From NCBI GenBank assembly GCA_910577015.1, contig CAJTKU010000001.1:185298-249297 (forward strand): a stretch of 64,000 nucleotides of DNA, given 5' to 3'. Origin of the DNA: an uncultured Lachnospiraceae bacterium. GTDB lineage: Bacteria > Bacillota > Clostridia > Lachnospirales > Lachnospiraceae. A program made the translations under genes and the position numbers. The notes under the pieces are model-generated. The model saw nothing but the letters and a program-made list of their open reading frames with translations. It searched no databases and was not told the DNA's origin. Of this stretch, positions 18,831 through 27,713 are shown piece by piece. The first letter of the stretch is position 1; each line of letters opens with the position of its first letter.

Positions 18831-19682
18831 TTACAAAATGGGTTGATTCTTTGTCACCGCATTATTAAAGCAGCATTCTGCCTTTTTTATCAAATCCCCT
18901 GCTGAGAACAGAAAGGGAACCAGCGCGGCAATATTGGGATAATACTCCACTGCACGGTACAGAATACAGCTTCCCTCTTCTGTATCCATCTCAAATTCCT
19001 GCAGTAACTGTAATTCACATAAATCCCGAAGGATATCCTCTGCCTCTTTCTCCGTGATGAGAAGATAGTCTGCCATGCGCTTTCCGGAGAGCGCCATGGG
19101 CTTCCTTCCATATAAAAAAAGCAACGCTCTCATTCTGTCTTTTTTCCCCAGTATGGTAAAAAACTTTTCATATTCCCAGGCCTCCAGCAGTTTACTGCCA
19201 ATCCCTCCCTGGGGTGTGGGAAGCAGGAAAAAGCTGTGCATGTTGTCATTCACCCGCATATAGGTCATTCCCTCCTCAAAAAGAAGTACGGACGTGATTT
19301 TGGTGCTGTCAGGAACTACCATATCCTCCCGCAGTGCCCCCGTCAACAGTCCGGGGTCCAGATTGAACAGCCCCTGCTGGATGCTCCAGCAGTACTGATA
19401 GGCTTTTTCAAAACGCTCCTCTTTGGGTGTATGGCTGAGTTCCCAAATCAGTTCCAGCAAAATATCTTTTTTAATCTCATCTGATTTTCCAAACAGGTAA
19501 TCCACACTGACCCCGAAAAAATCAGCAATGGCAGGCAGAAGCTCCGCATCCGGCGTTCCGCCGCATTCCCAGTTGGACACCGCCTGGGCAGTGACGCCAA
19601 GGCTCCTGCCCAGCTCCTCCTGTGTCACTGATTTTTCTTTCCGCAGACTATGGATTCTATCACCCAGAATACTCTTCTTCAT
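18831..19682 (-). CDS. XRE-family HTH transcriptional regulator with extended C-terminal domain
   Basis: ATG 19682 (MKKSILGDRIHSLRKEKSVTQEELGRSLGVTAQAVSNWECG). The ~210 aa C-terminal domain is not recognised. The stop is 9 nt upstream of the ABC exporter start. Confidence 0.8.
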   Translation of the reverse strand: MKKSILGDRIHSLRKEKSVTQEELGRSLGVTAQAVSNWECGGTPDAELLPAIADFFGVSVDYLFGKSDEIKKDILLELIWELSHTPKEERFEKAYQYCWSIQQGLFNLDPGLLTGALREDMVVPDSTKITSVLLFEEGMTYMRVNDNMHSFFLLPTPQGGIGSKLLEAWEYEKFFTILGKKDRMRALLFLYGRKPMALSGKRMADYLLITEKEAEDILRDLCELQLLQEFEMDTEEGSCILYRAVEYYPNIAALVPFLFSAGDLIKKAECCFNNAVTKNQPIL

Positions 19683-20093
19683 AAACAGCCCCCCCATTAT
19701 AATAGTGGTTATTGTTTTAATTTGATGTTTTTGCAGTTATCTTAAGATTCCTATTTAGCCATATTTTACTTTCTCAAATGATGTTTTTATTATAATTCAT
19801 CTTTTTCTTGTATACAAACAAGTATTCTGCTATATTTTACAAGCGACACTTGTATTTTATGTTTTAAAAGAAAAAGCTGTTGACCGGATACAAAACTATG
19901 ATTTTTTTATAATACAAACTCTGTCAGTACATCATTCATTGTATGATATTTACCGAAATCTATTTTTCATAAAAATGCTGTCTTGCAAGTGCTGATAAAG
20001 TAAAAAAGAGGGAAAGAAAAACTATACCTGTTTTTGATATAGTTCTTCCATTCCCTCGTAAATTGCTTTCCTGTTTCTATAATTTAAGCCATT

Positions 20094-20831
20094 TCAATTA
20101 AACTGTGAAACAGCATCAACTTTACTAACACCATCAACATGAACATAAACATCCATATATCCAATTCCATTTTCTTCATATTCATATTCAAAGCAACCGA
20201 GAATATTATCCTGTTGTTTCTCTTTAAAATTATTTGTTTGAAGATATTCCATTATAATCTTATATGCGTTTGGGATTCTCTCAAAAGGCTGTATAAAGGG
20301 TTCTTTAATGGTAATCATTGCGTAGTCGGCTTCTGCATTTTCCGCATACTCCACGCCGGGGCAATCCGTGTCAAACCCTTCCGGCAAAATGTAAGCTGCC
20401 ACATATCCATGCATTCCGAATCTATGTTGTTGTTCCTGTGATACAAAGGGGAAATCCCATCCTATCATTTTCGCATTCGGGTTTGAAACTTTAAGGCCAC
20501 TGTTGATAGCCCATTTCCCCATATATTCCTGAACATCACTCTCAGGATTAGGAGAAATCATCACATATCTTGCCATTCTGAATGGTGCTACTTTTTTAAT
20601 CCGGACTTTTGAATAAATTTCTCCCTGAACTGATAATTTATCCTTCACAAGTGTATCAAGCTTGCATGAGAAAATGTCGCATATTTCAATAAGCTTAGCA
20701 AGTTCCGGAATTACTTCGTCGGATTCCCATCTTGATATAGTCTGACGCGTAACTCCCATCTTTTCAGCAAACTGTTCCTGCGTATATTTTTTCTGCTTTC
20801 TCAAAAAACATATATTTGTTCCCAAACTCAT
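20094..20831 (-). CDS. XRE HTH + GyrI-like/effector-binding domain regulator
   Basis: 245 aa. N-terminal LRKQKKYTQEQFAEKMGVTRQTISRWESDE. The C-terminal ~170 aa resembles GyrI-like small-molecule-binding folds (call by eye). The gene is AT-rich. Confidence 0.65.
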   Translation of the reverse strand: MSLGTNICFLRKQKKYTQEQFAEKMGVTRQTISRWESDEVIPELAKLIEICDIFSCKLDTLVKDKLSVQGEIYSKVRIKKVAPFRMARYVMISPNPESDVQEYMGKWAINSGLKVSNPNAKMIGWDFPFVSQEQQHRFGMHGYVAAYILPEGFDTDCPGVEYAENAEADYAMITIKEPFIQPFERIPNAYKIIMEYLQTNNFKEKQQDNILGCFEYEYEENGIGYMDVYVHVDGVSKVDAVSQFN

Positions 20832-20983
20832 ATATTCTATCTCCTATTATTCATAAATATTATCTTCCGGCCGACAAGACAAGAGTTATTATGACATATC
20901 AAATGTAACATAACAACCAACTGACATGTGCTCTTTTTTGATTCCATGTAATACATCGTGTTGCACGAAGTCTATTTTTTAAA

Positions 20984-21031
20984 TAAAAAATTTGCCCTTG
21001 TTTGGACGCCATAAGGAACAACAAGGGCAAA
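20984..21031 (-). terminator. Rho-independent terminator after the P-loop kinase gene
   Basis: The minus strand reads tttgcccttgtt-(17 nt)-aacaagggcaaa followed by ttttttatttaaaaaa. Confidence 0.65.
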
Positions 21032-21157
21032 TAGTTGAGTTGATAATATAATGGGTTTGGCAGGCTGCATAAAATGAAAAATAGGGCGTTACTTATTTGT
21101 CACCTGTAAAACAACTCCCGTATTTTCCGCATTTCCTTCCAGACATTATCCCCATAA

Positions 21158-21793
21158 TTACCTTTGTAAACCAAATGCCTTCTCAACTAATGCAAAAGTA
21201 TCTTCTACACTTCTGTTTTCATCTCTGACAATAATCTGAAAACCGGAATGGAGAAAAGCATCATATGCCGCACGAGAGTTTACCCTTTTCAGACATTGTC
21301 TGAAATTTTCCATCGCCAGTTCAGGATTCTCTTCATTCATAAGTAATTGATATAAAAACTGTTTTTCTTTATCCGGTCTTTCAAAGAAACGGTTTACCGA
21401 TATATCAGGGGCAGCCAACATAATCAGCACATGATTATTATCTGAAATCTTCTTCAACGTTTTTATGGAAATATTTGTATCCACAAAAACCATTTTACCT
21501 TCCGTGTTCAGCTTATCCAAAATATGAAGCTCCAAAGTTTCACATTCCTTTGATACACCCTTTGTCCAATCTTCATATTCATCCGGTGTCCGCCTTATAA
21601 AATCGCTCCAATCCTGCAAATCCCTTGTATAAGTCAAACATGGAAATTTTTCTCTGTCTAATCCGGATAATAATTCATCATGATAGTTTTCTTCACAGGC
21701 AATACCATTATACTTTTCGGCTAGTCGTTTCACCATCGTAGATTTCCCGGCATATGCAGTTCCATTTATAAAAAAAATATTATCAAATTTCAT
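21158..21793 (-). CDS. P-loop NTPase/kinase-like protein
   Basis: 211 aa with Walker A FINGTAYAGKST near the N-terminus. Size and layout resemble small nucleoside/nucleotide or antibiotic kinases. AT-rich. Confidence 0.6.
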   Translation of the reverse strand: MKFDNIFFINGTAYAGKSTMVKRLAEKYNGIACEENYHDELLSGLDREKFPCLTYTRDLQDWSDFIRRTPDEYEDWTKGVSKECETLELHILDKLNTEGKMVFVDTNISIKTLKKISDNNHVLIMLAAPDISVNRFFERPDKEKQFLYQLLMNEENPELAMENFRQCLKRVNSRAAYDAFLHSGFQIIVRDENRSVEDTFALVEKAFGLQR

Positions 21794-21821
21794 CTTGCCA
21801 CCTCGTTCAGACAGATGTTAT

Positions 21822-22832
21822 TTACGGCGCGGCAAACGGCATCAGCCCCATGTGCCGATACGCCAGTTCCGTCGCAACGCGTCCCCTCGGCGTCCTGTTA
21901 AGCAGGCCGTTCTGTATCAGGAAAGGCTCATAGACATCTTCTATGGTGCCGGCGTCTTCTCCAATGGCGGCGGCCAGTGTGTCCAAACCCACAGGACCCC
22001 CGTTAAACTTTGTAATCATGGTGGAAAGAATGTTGCGGTCGATATGGTCCAGCCCCAGTTTGTCCACGTCCATCAAATCCAGCGCGGTGCGGGCTACCTC
22101 CTCGGTGATTCTGCCGTCATATTTTACCTGTGCAAAGTCACGGACGCGTTTCAGGATGCGGTTTGCCAGCCGCGGCGTACCCCTGCTTCTCTTTGCAAGC
22201 TCCAACGCGCCGCCGTCGTCGATTTCCACCTCCAGTATGCGCGCCGAGTGCCTGACAATCAACTGTAACTCGGGAATAGTATAAAACTCCAGACGGTGAA
22301 TCATGCCAAACCTGTCCCTGAGAGGCGCCGTCAGCATACCTGCGCGGGTGGTGGCTCCCACCAGTGTAAACTTGGGAAGTTCCAGCCTGATGGAGCGCGC
22401 GGAAGAGCCTTTTCCTATCATAATGTCGATGGCAAAGTCCTCCATGGCAGGATAGAGAACCTCCTCCACCTGCCTGTTCAGCCGGTGGATTTCGTCCACA
22501 AAAAGAATATCCCCTTCCTGAAGATTATTTAAGATGGCGGCAATTTCCCCCGGCTTTTCTATGGCGGGGCCGCTGGTAATCTTCATGTTGACGCCCATCT
22601 CGTTGGCAATAATGCCTGCAAGCGTGGTCTTGCCCAGACCGGGCGGGCCGTAAAACAGGGCATGGTCCAGCGCGTCTCCTCTTTGCTTTGCCGCTTCTAT
22701 GTAGATTTTTAAATTCTCCTTCACCTTCTCCTGACCGATATAATCCTTCAGGTACTGCGGCCTTAAGGAGCCTTCGATTTTAATGTCCTCTTCCGTGATA
22801 TTGGTTTCTATCGTCCTTGGCATCTTTTCCAT
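21822..22832 (-). CDS. ruvB: Holliday junction branch migration helicase RuvB
   Basis: 336 aa with [30 protein letters not shown] and DEIHRL. Confidence 0.95.
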   Translation of the reverse strand: MEKMPRTIETNITEEDIKIEGSLRPQYLKDYIGQEKVKENLKIYIEAAKQRGDALDHALFYGPPGLGKTTLAGIIANEMGVNMKITSGPAIEKPGEIAAILNNLQEGDILFVDEIHRLNRQVEEVLYPAMEDFAIDIMIGKGSSARSIRLELPKFTLVGATTRAGMLTAPLRDRFGMIHRLEFYTIPELQLIVRHSARILEVEIDDGGALELAKRSRGTPRLANRILKRVRDFAQVKYDGRITEEVARTALDLMDVDKLGLDHIDRNILSTMITKFNGGPVGLDTLAAAIGEDAGTIEDVYEPFLIQNGLLNRTPRGRVATELAYRHMGLMPFAAP

Positions 22833-22835
22833 CCT

Positions 22836-23441
22836 TTAAAACATTTTTTTCAATGCTGCCTTTAACAATGCGCCACTGTCCATGGTTTCCGCATCCGGAA
22901 TCTGGCTCACAGCTTTTAAACTCTCCGCCTGACCGTATCCCAAAGCCACCAGCGCCTCCACTGCCTCCTTCGCCGCCCCGTCAGCCTGCGGGGAAGCGGC
23001 TCTATTTGCGGAAATTTCCCTGTCAATCATACCGTCATCAAAAGAAACCTTGTCTTTTAAGTCCAGTATCAGGCGCTCTGCCGTTCTCGCCCCGATACCG
23101 GGCGCCTTGGAAATCGCTTTGGCATCCCCGCTTAAAATGGCATACCGCAGGGCGTCCGCATCCATAACGGAAAGAATCGCCAGCGCGCCTTTTGGCCCGA
23201 TGCCATTCACTGTAATACATTTCTTAAAAATGTCCAAATCGCTTTTGGTCAGAAATCCGTACAACAAAAAAGCATCCTCACGCACAAGCGTATAAGTATG
23301 CAGCTTAATCTGCCGTCCGATGCCGGGAAGTCCCTGCGCCACCCTGGCAGAAACCTTTACATTGTATCCGATGCCGCCCACTTCTATTACCACATTGTCT
23401 TCTGCAATCTCCGCAATTTCGCCTTTCACATATGCAATCAT
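22836..23441 (-). CDS. ruvA: Holliday junction DNA-binding protein RuvA
   Basis: ATG 23441 (MIAYVKGEIAEI) behind ggaggt. Contains HhH motifs (VNGIGPKGALAIL, APGIGARTAERL). Confidence 0.92.
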   Translation of the reverse strand: MIAYVKGEIAEIAEDNVVIEVGGIGYNVKVSARVAQGLPGIGRQIKLHTYTLVREDAFLLYGFLTKSDLDIFKKCITVNGIGPKGALAILSVMDADALRYAILSGDAKAISKAPGIGARTAERLILDLKDKVSFDDGMIDREISANRAASPQADGAAKEAVEALVALGYGQAESLKAVSQIPDAETMDSGALLKAALKKMF

Positions 23442-23510
23442 AAAAACCTCCGTCCGGCTTAACATGCAGCCTTCATTCTACCTGCATTATAGCATTATCG
23501 AACATATGTT

Positions 23511-24872
23511 TCAAGATGATTCCTGCATTTTCATGGACTTTTTCCATATAATCAGAAAACAGCCCAGATGTACCAGACTGGTAAGCGCCCAAGTTATCGG
23601 ATAAGAAATATAAAGGGTATCCAATGTCCTGTAATCCCTAAATATGGTATATATCCAGACAATACGAAGCAGACAGACTCCCGTCAGGGATACCAGCATG
23701 GGCAGTACGGAGCGTCCCATGCCGCGCAGACATCCCACCAGGGTATCCATAACGCCGCACAGAAAATAGGGACAGCAGATATACAAAAGCCTCTTTACCC
23801 CATAGGCAATCACTTCCGTATCCGGTGAATAAAACCGAAGCAGCACACTGCTTCCGAAATACACTGCATTGCCCATGACAAGGCCCACTACCGTTACCAT
23901 GCCAAGGCATTGCAGGGCAATGACGCCGATGCGCTTAAATTTGTGCGCGCCAAAATTCTGCCCCACAAAGCTGACCGTCGTCTGGTGCATGGTGTTCATG
24001 GCCGTATAGACAAATCCTTCCAGATTGCCTGCGGCGGCATTTCCTGCCATCGCCACAGAACCAAAGGAGTTGACCGACGACTGAATCAGCACATTGGAAA
24101 TGGAAAAAACAGCCCCCTGCAGTCCCGCAGGCAGGCCTATCCGCAGCATCATGCCAAACTTATGCGGCGCAATGCAAAGCTTTTTTAATGTCAGTCTGTA
24201 AGGCCCTTCCGCACGCATCAGGCAGCGGAGGACAAGCAGCGCCGAAATTATCTGGGAGATGGCGGTTGCCAGCGCAACGCCTGCCACTCCCATGGCAAAC
24301 ACCACCACAAACAAAATGTTTAAAATCACATTGATGACGCCGGATACGGTAAGATAATACAAAGGCCTTCTGGTATCTCCCACCGCACGCAGGATGGCGG
24401 CTCCAAAGTTATAAAGCATCATGGCAGGCATGGATGCAAAATAAATCCTTAAATAAAGCACCGACTGCCCTAACACTTCTTTGGGACTTCCCATTAGGCG
24501 CAGTGCAAAAGGCGCCGAAAAAAAGCCCACAAAAATCAGAATCACGCCGCACACTACTGAAGTGAGAATGGCCGTGTGAACCGTATCGTGAAGCTCTTTT
24601 TCCTGATTTGCCCCGTAATAGCGGGAAACCAGCACATTGGCACCCACTGACAGACCGATAAACACATTTACAAGCAGATTGATTAAGGGTCCTGTAGAAC
24701 CCACCGCCGCCAGCGCATCGCTGCCCACCCATCGCCCGACCACCACCATATCCGCAGCATTGAACAAAAGCTGAAGAATGCCGGAAAGCATAAGGGGCAG
24801 CGAAAACAGCAGTATCTTTTTAAACAGCGGTCCGTTGCACATATCTATTTCATATTTTTTGGCGTTACCCAT
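23511..24872 (-). CDS. MATE family efflux transporter
   Basis: 453 aa, 12 predicted TM segments. The N-terminal LFKKILLFSLPLMLSGILQLLFNAADMVVVGR is typical of MATE/NorM. Confidence 0.85.
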   Translation of the reverse strand: MGNAKKYEIDMCNGPLFKKILLFSLPLMLSGILQLLFNAADMVVVGRWVGSDALAAVGSTGPLINLLVNVFIGLSVGANVLVSRYYGANQEKELHDTVHTAILTSVVCGVILIFVGFFSAPFALRLMGSPKEVLGQSVLYLRIYFASMPAMMLYNFGAAILRAVGDTRRPLYYLTVSGVINVILNILFVVVFAMGVAGVALATAISQIISALLVLRCLMRAEGPYRLTLKKLCIAPHKFGMMLRIGLPAGLQGAVFSISNVLIQSSVNSFGSVAMAGNAAAGNLEGFVYTAMNTMHQTTVSFVGQNFGAHKFKRIGVIALQCLGMVTVVGLVMGNAVYFGSSVLLRFYSPDTEVIAYGVKRLLYICCPYFLCGVMDTLVGCLRGMGRSVLPMLVSLTGVCLLRIVWIYTIFRDYRTLDTLYISYPITWALTSLVHLGCFLIIWKKSMKMQESS

Positions 24873-24887
24873 AGCTATTCCCTGTCT

Positions 24888-25373
24888 TTATTTGTTGTTG
24901 ATGTAATTGACAAGACCTTCCGCTTCTATAATCTTCTGCATAAAAGGCGGAAATGCCTGCCCCTTAAAAGATGTTCCTTTCGTCACATTGGTAATAATGC
25001 CGGAATCAAAATCCACTTCCACCTCGTCTCCCACACTGATGCCCCGGGACGCCTCGGGACACTCGATGATGGGCAGGCCGATGTTGATGGCATTGCGGTA
25101 AAAAATGCGGGCAAAGGTTTCCGCAATCACACAGCTTACGCCTGCCGCCTTAATGGCAATCGGCGCGTGTTCTCTTGAAGAACCGCATCCGAAATTCTTA
25201 TTTGCCACAATAATATCTCCCGCTTGGACCTTTTCCACAAACTCCTTGTCGATATCCTCCATGCAGTGGCGGGCAAGCTCTGCCGGCTCTGAAGAATTGA
25301 GATATCTTGCAGGAATAATTACATCCGTATCTACATTGTCGCCATATTTAAATACATTTCCTTTTGCTTTCAT
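24888..25373 (-). CDS. leuD: 3-isopropylmalate dehydratase small subunit
   Basis: 161 aa with [17 protein letters not shown] and [11 protein letters not shown]. Confidence 0.92.
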   Translation of the reverse strand: MKAKGNVFKYGDNVDTDVIIPARYLNSSEPAELARHCMEDIDKEFVEKVQAGDIIVANKNFGCGSSREHAPIAIKAAGVSCVIAETFARIFYRNAINIGLPIIECPEASRGISVGDEVEVDFDSGIITNVTKGTSFKGQAFPPFMQKIIEAEGLVNYINNK

Positions 25374-25398
25374 GTCTGTTATCCTTTCTCAGTTTATT

Positions 25399-26658
25399 TT
25401 ACAAATCATTCGGCCCGGAGATTTTGCCGGTCACGGCGCTTGCCGCTGCCACGGCGGGGCTTGCCAGATAAATTTCGGAATCCACGTGTCCCATACGGCC
25501 TACAAAGTTCCTGTTGGTGGTGGACACACATTTTTCCCCTTCCGCCAGAATGCCCATATAACCTCCCAGACAGGGGCCGCAGGTGGGCGTGCTCACAATA
25601 GCGCCCGCCTCAATAAAAATCTTTAACAGCCCTTCTTCCATGGCTTCCATGTATATCCTCTGTGTGGCAGGGATAATGATACAGCGCATTCCTTTTGCCA
25701 CATGCCGCCCTTTCAATACCTCTGCCGCCGTCCGCAAGTCATCCAGCCTGCCGTTGGTGCAGGAGCCAATCACCACCTGGTCGATGGCAATGTCGTCTAT
25801 CTCATCCAACGTGTGGGTATTCTCCGGCAGGTGCGGGAATGCCACCGTGGACTTTAAAGCAGACAAATCAATAGTATATTCCGCATCGTACACGGCGTCT
25901 TCATCCGCCGCATACTTTGTGTATGTACGTGAAGAATGCTCTTTCATATAAGCCTCTGCCAGTTCATCCACAGGGAAAATACCGTTTTTGGCGCCCGCCT
26001 CGATTGCCATGTTTGCAATGGTAAAGCGGTCATCCATAGACAGGTTTGCAATCCCGTCACCGGTAAACTCCAATGATTTATAAAGCGCCCCGTCCACTCC
26101 AATCATACCGATAATATGCAAAATCACGTCCTTGCCGGACACCCATTTGGACGGTTTTCCGGTAAGAACAAACCGTATTGCCGACGGAACCTTGAACCAC
26201 GCCTTTCCGGTTGCCATGCCGGCAGCCATGTCCGTGCTTCCCACACCGGTGGAAAACGCGCCCAGCGCACCGTAAGTACAGGTATGCGAATCCGCTCCGA
26301 TAATCACGTCGCCCGCTACCGTCAGTCCCTTTTCGGGAAGCAGCGCGTGTTCGATTCCCATCTCCCCCACTTCAAAATAATTGGTAATTTCATTTCGGCG
26401 TGCAAACTCCCTTACACATTTACAATGTTCGGCAGATTTAATATCCTTGTTCGGCACAAAATGGTCTGGCACCAGGGCAATTTTATCCTTGTCAAACACC
26501 CCGTTTACTTTCATTTTTTCCATTTCCTTGATGGCAACCGGACTGGTAATGTCATTTCCCAATACCAAATCGAGTTCTGCCTCAATCAACTGTCCCGCTT
26601 CCACCGTTTCAAGTCCTGCATGGGCTGCAAGAATTTTCTGTGTCATCGTCATTCCCAT
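25399..26658 (-). CDS. leuC: 3-isopropylmalate dehydratase large subunit
   Basis: 419 aa with [34 protein letters not shown] and CGPCLG (aconitase-family Fe-S ligands). Confidence 0.93.
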   Translation of the reverse strand: MGMTMTQKILAAHAGLETVEAGQLIEAELDLVLGNDITSPVAIKEMEKMKVNGVFDKDKIALVPDHFVPNKDIKSAEHCKCVREFARRNEITNYFEVGEMGIEHALLPEKGLTVAGDVIIGADSHTCTYGALGAFSTGVGSTDMAAGMATGKAWFKVPSAIRFVLTGKPSKWVSGKDVILHIIGMIGVDGALYKSLEFTGDGIANLSMDDRFTIANMAIEAGAKNGIFPVDELAEAYMKEHSSRTYTKYAADEDAVYDAEYTIDLSALKSTVAFPHLPENTHTLDEIDDIAIDQVVIGSCTNGRLDDLRTAAEVLKGRHVAKGMRCIIIPATQRIYMEAMEEGLLKIFIEAGAIVSTPTCGPCLGGYMGILAEGEKCVSTTNRNFVGRMGHVDSEIYLASPAVAAASAVTGKISGPNDL

Positions 26659-26695
26659 GGCTGTTCCTCCTTATATTCTGCTTTTACTTTTTCCC

Positions 26696-26724
26696 ATTCT
26701 ACCATACTTTTGTATATTCTTCAA
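26696..26724 (-). promoter_or_regulatory. Putative leuC promoter (TTGAAG-N17-TAGAAT with TGn extension)
   Basis: The minus strand reads ttgaag aatatacaaaagtatgg tagaat. The predicted short 5-prime UTR leads to aaggagg and ATG 26658. Confidence 0.55.
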
Positions 26725-26746
26725 ATATATATATTTCATATTTACT

Positions 26747-26761
26747 ATAACAACGAGTTAT
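26747..26761. promoter_or_regulatory. Candidate LysR-type regulator box (ATAAC-N5-GTTAT, T-N11-A)
   Basis: A dyad ataacaacgagttat is centred about 65 nt upstream of the predicted leuC transcription start. It lies in the divergent leuC / LysR intergenic region. Confidence 0.4.
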
Positions 26762-26819
26762 GATAATATGACATTACATTACCGGGAACGATTGATAAAG
26801 ATTAAGAAAGGAAACTTTC

Positions 26820-27713
26820 ATGAACCAGCAGAATTTAAACCTGTATCATATTTTCCACGAAACGGCTGTCTGCGGCAGCCTGTCCAATGCCGCAAAAAGA
26901 CTGTACATTTCCCAGCCCGCTATCTCCAAAGCAATCTCAAAGCTGGAAAGCAATCTTTCCGCCACGCTCTTCATAAGAAACTCCCGCGGCGTAAAACTGA
27001 CTCCTGAAGGGGAGCTTCTGTTTAAGCAGATTGATACCGCTTTTCACGCAATCAGGCAGGGCGAGGAACAGTTATGGCAAAATCACGAACTGGGGGTCGG
27101 ACAGCTTTCCATCGGAGTCAGCACCACCCTATGTAAATACCGGCTTCTTCCGTATTTGCAACGGTATATCCGCGAAAATCCTCATGTGACATTGTCCATC
27201 TACTGCCAGTCCTCCCTCGATACCATTGAAGGATTGGAAAACGGCAAACTGGACGTGGGGCTGATTGGGGAAAGCGAACACATGGGCAGTCTTTCTTTTC
27301 TTCCACTGGAAGAAATTCAGGATATGTTTGTAACCACCACGGCGTATATGGAGCATTTAAAGGAACGCACCCCCAGCGGGGACAACGATTTGCTCTCCCA
27401 AGCCACATTACTTCTCCTTGACCGCAACAACCTTACCAGGCAATATGTGGATAAATACCTGTTATTCAAAGACATTCTGCCCAAACAGCAGCTGGAAGTC
27501 ACCACCATGGACCTGTTGATTGAATTTGCCAAAATAGGTATGGGCGTTGCCTGCGTTATCGGCAATTTTGTGCAGAAGGAACTGTCGGACAATACCCTGA
27601 TTCCTTTCCCCATGTCCGAGCCGATTCCAAAAAGAAAAATCGGGCTTGCCTTTAAAGATAAGGCAAACCCGAATACTGCCATGCAAAAATTTATATCACT
27701 TACAAGGGAATGA
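26820..27713 (+). CDS. LysR family transcriptional regulator
   Basis: 297 aa with N-terminal HTH LYHIFHETAVCGSLSNAAKRLYISQPAISKAISKLE. Divergent from leuCD. Confidence 0.9.
   Translation: MNQQNLNLYHIFHETAVCGSLSNAAKRLYISQPAISKAISKLESNLSATLFIRNSRGVKLTPEGELLFKQIDTAFHAIRQGEEQLWQNHELGVGQLSIGVSTTLCKYRLLPYLQRYIRENPHVTLSIYCQSSLDTIEGLENGKLDVGLIGESEHMGSLSFLPLEEIQDMFVTTTAYMEHLKERTPSGDNDLLSQATLLLLDRNNLTRQYVDKYLLFKDILPKQQLEVTTMDLLIEFAKIGMGVACVIGNFVQKELSDNTLIPFPMSEPIPKRKIGLAFKDKANPNTAMQKFISLTRE

Noticed and set aside
27696-27713. An 18-nt convergent overlap of the LysR and histidine kinase 3-prime ends, and a 25-nt overlap of the response regulator start with the GT4 gene end (30626-30650).
   Set aside because: Short overlaps like these are common in compact Bacillota genomes. 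Nothing further in the sequence suggests a regulatory role.
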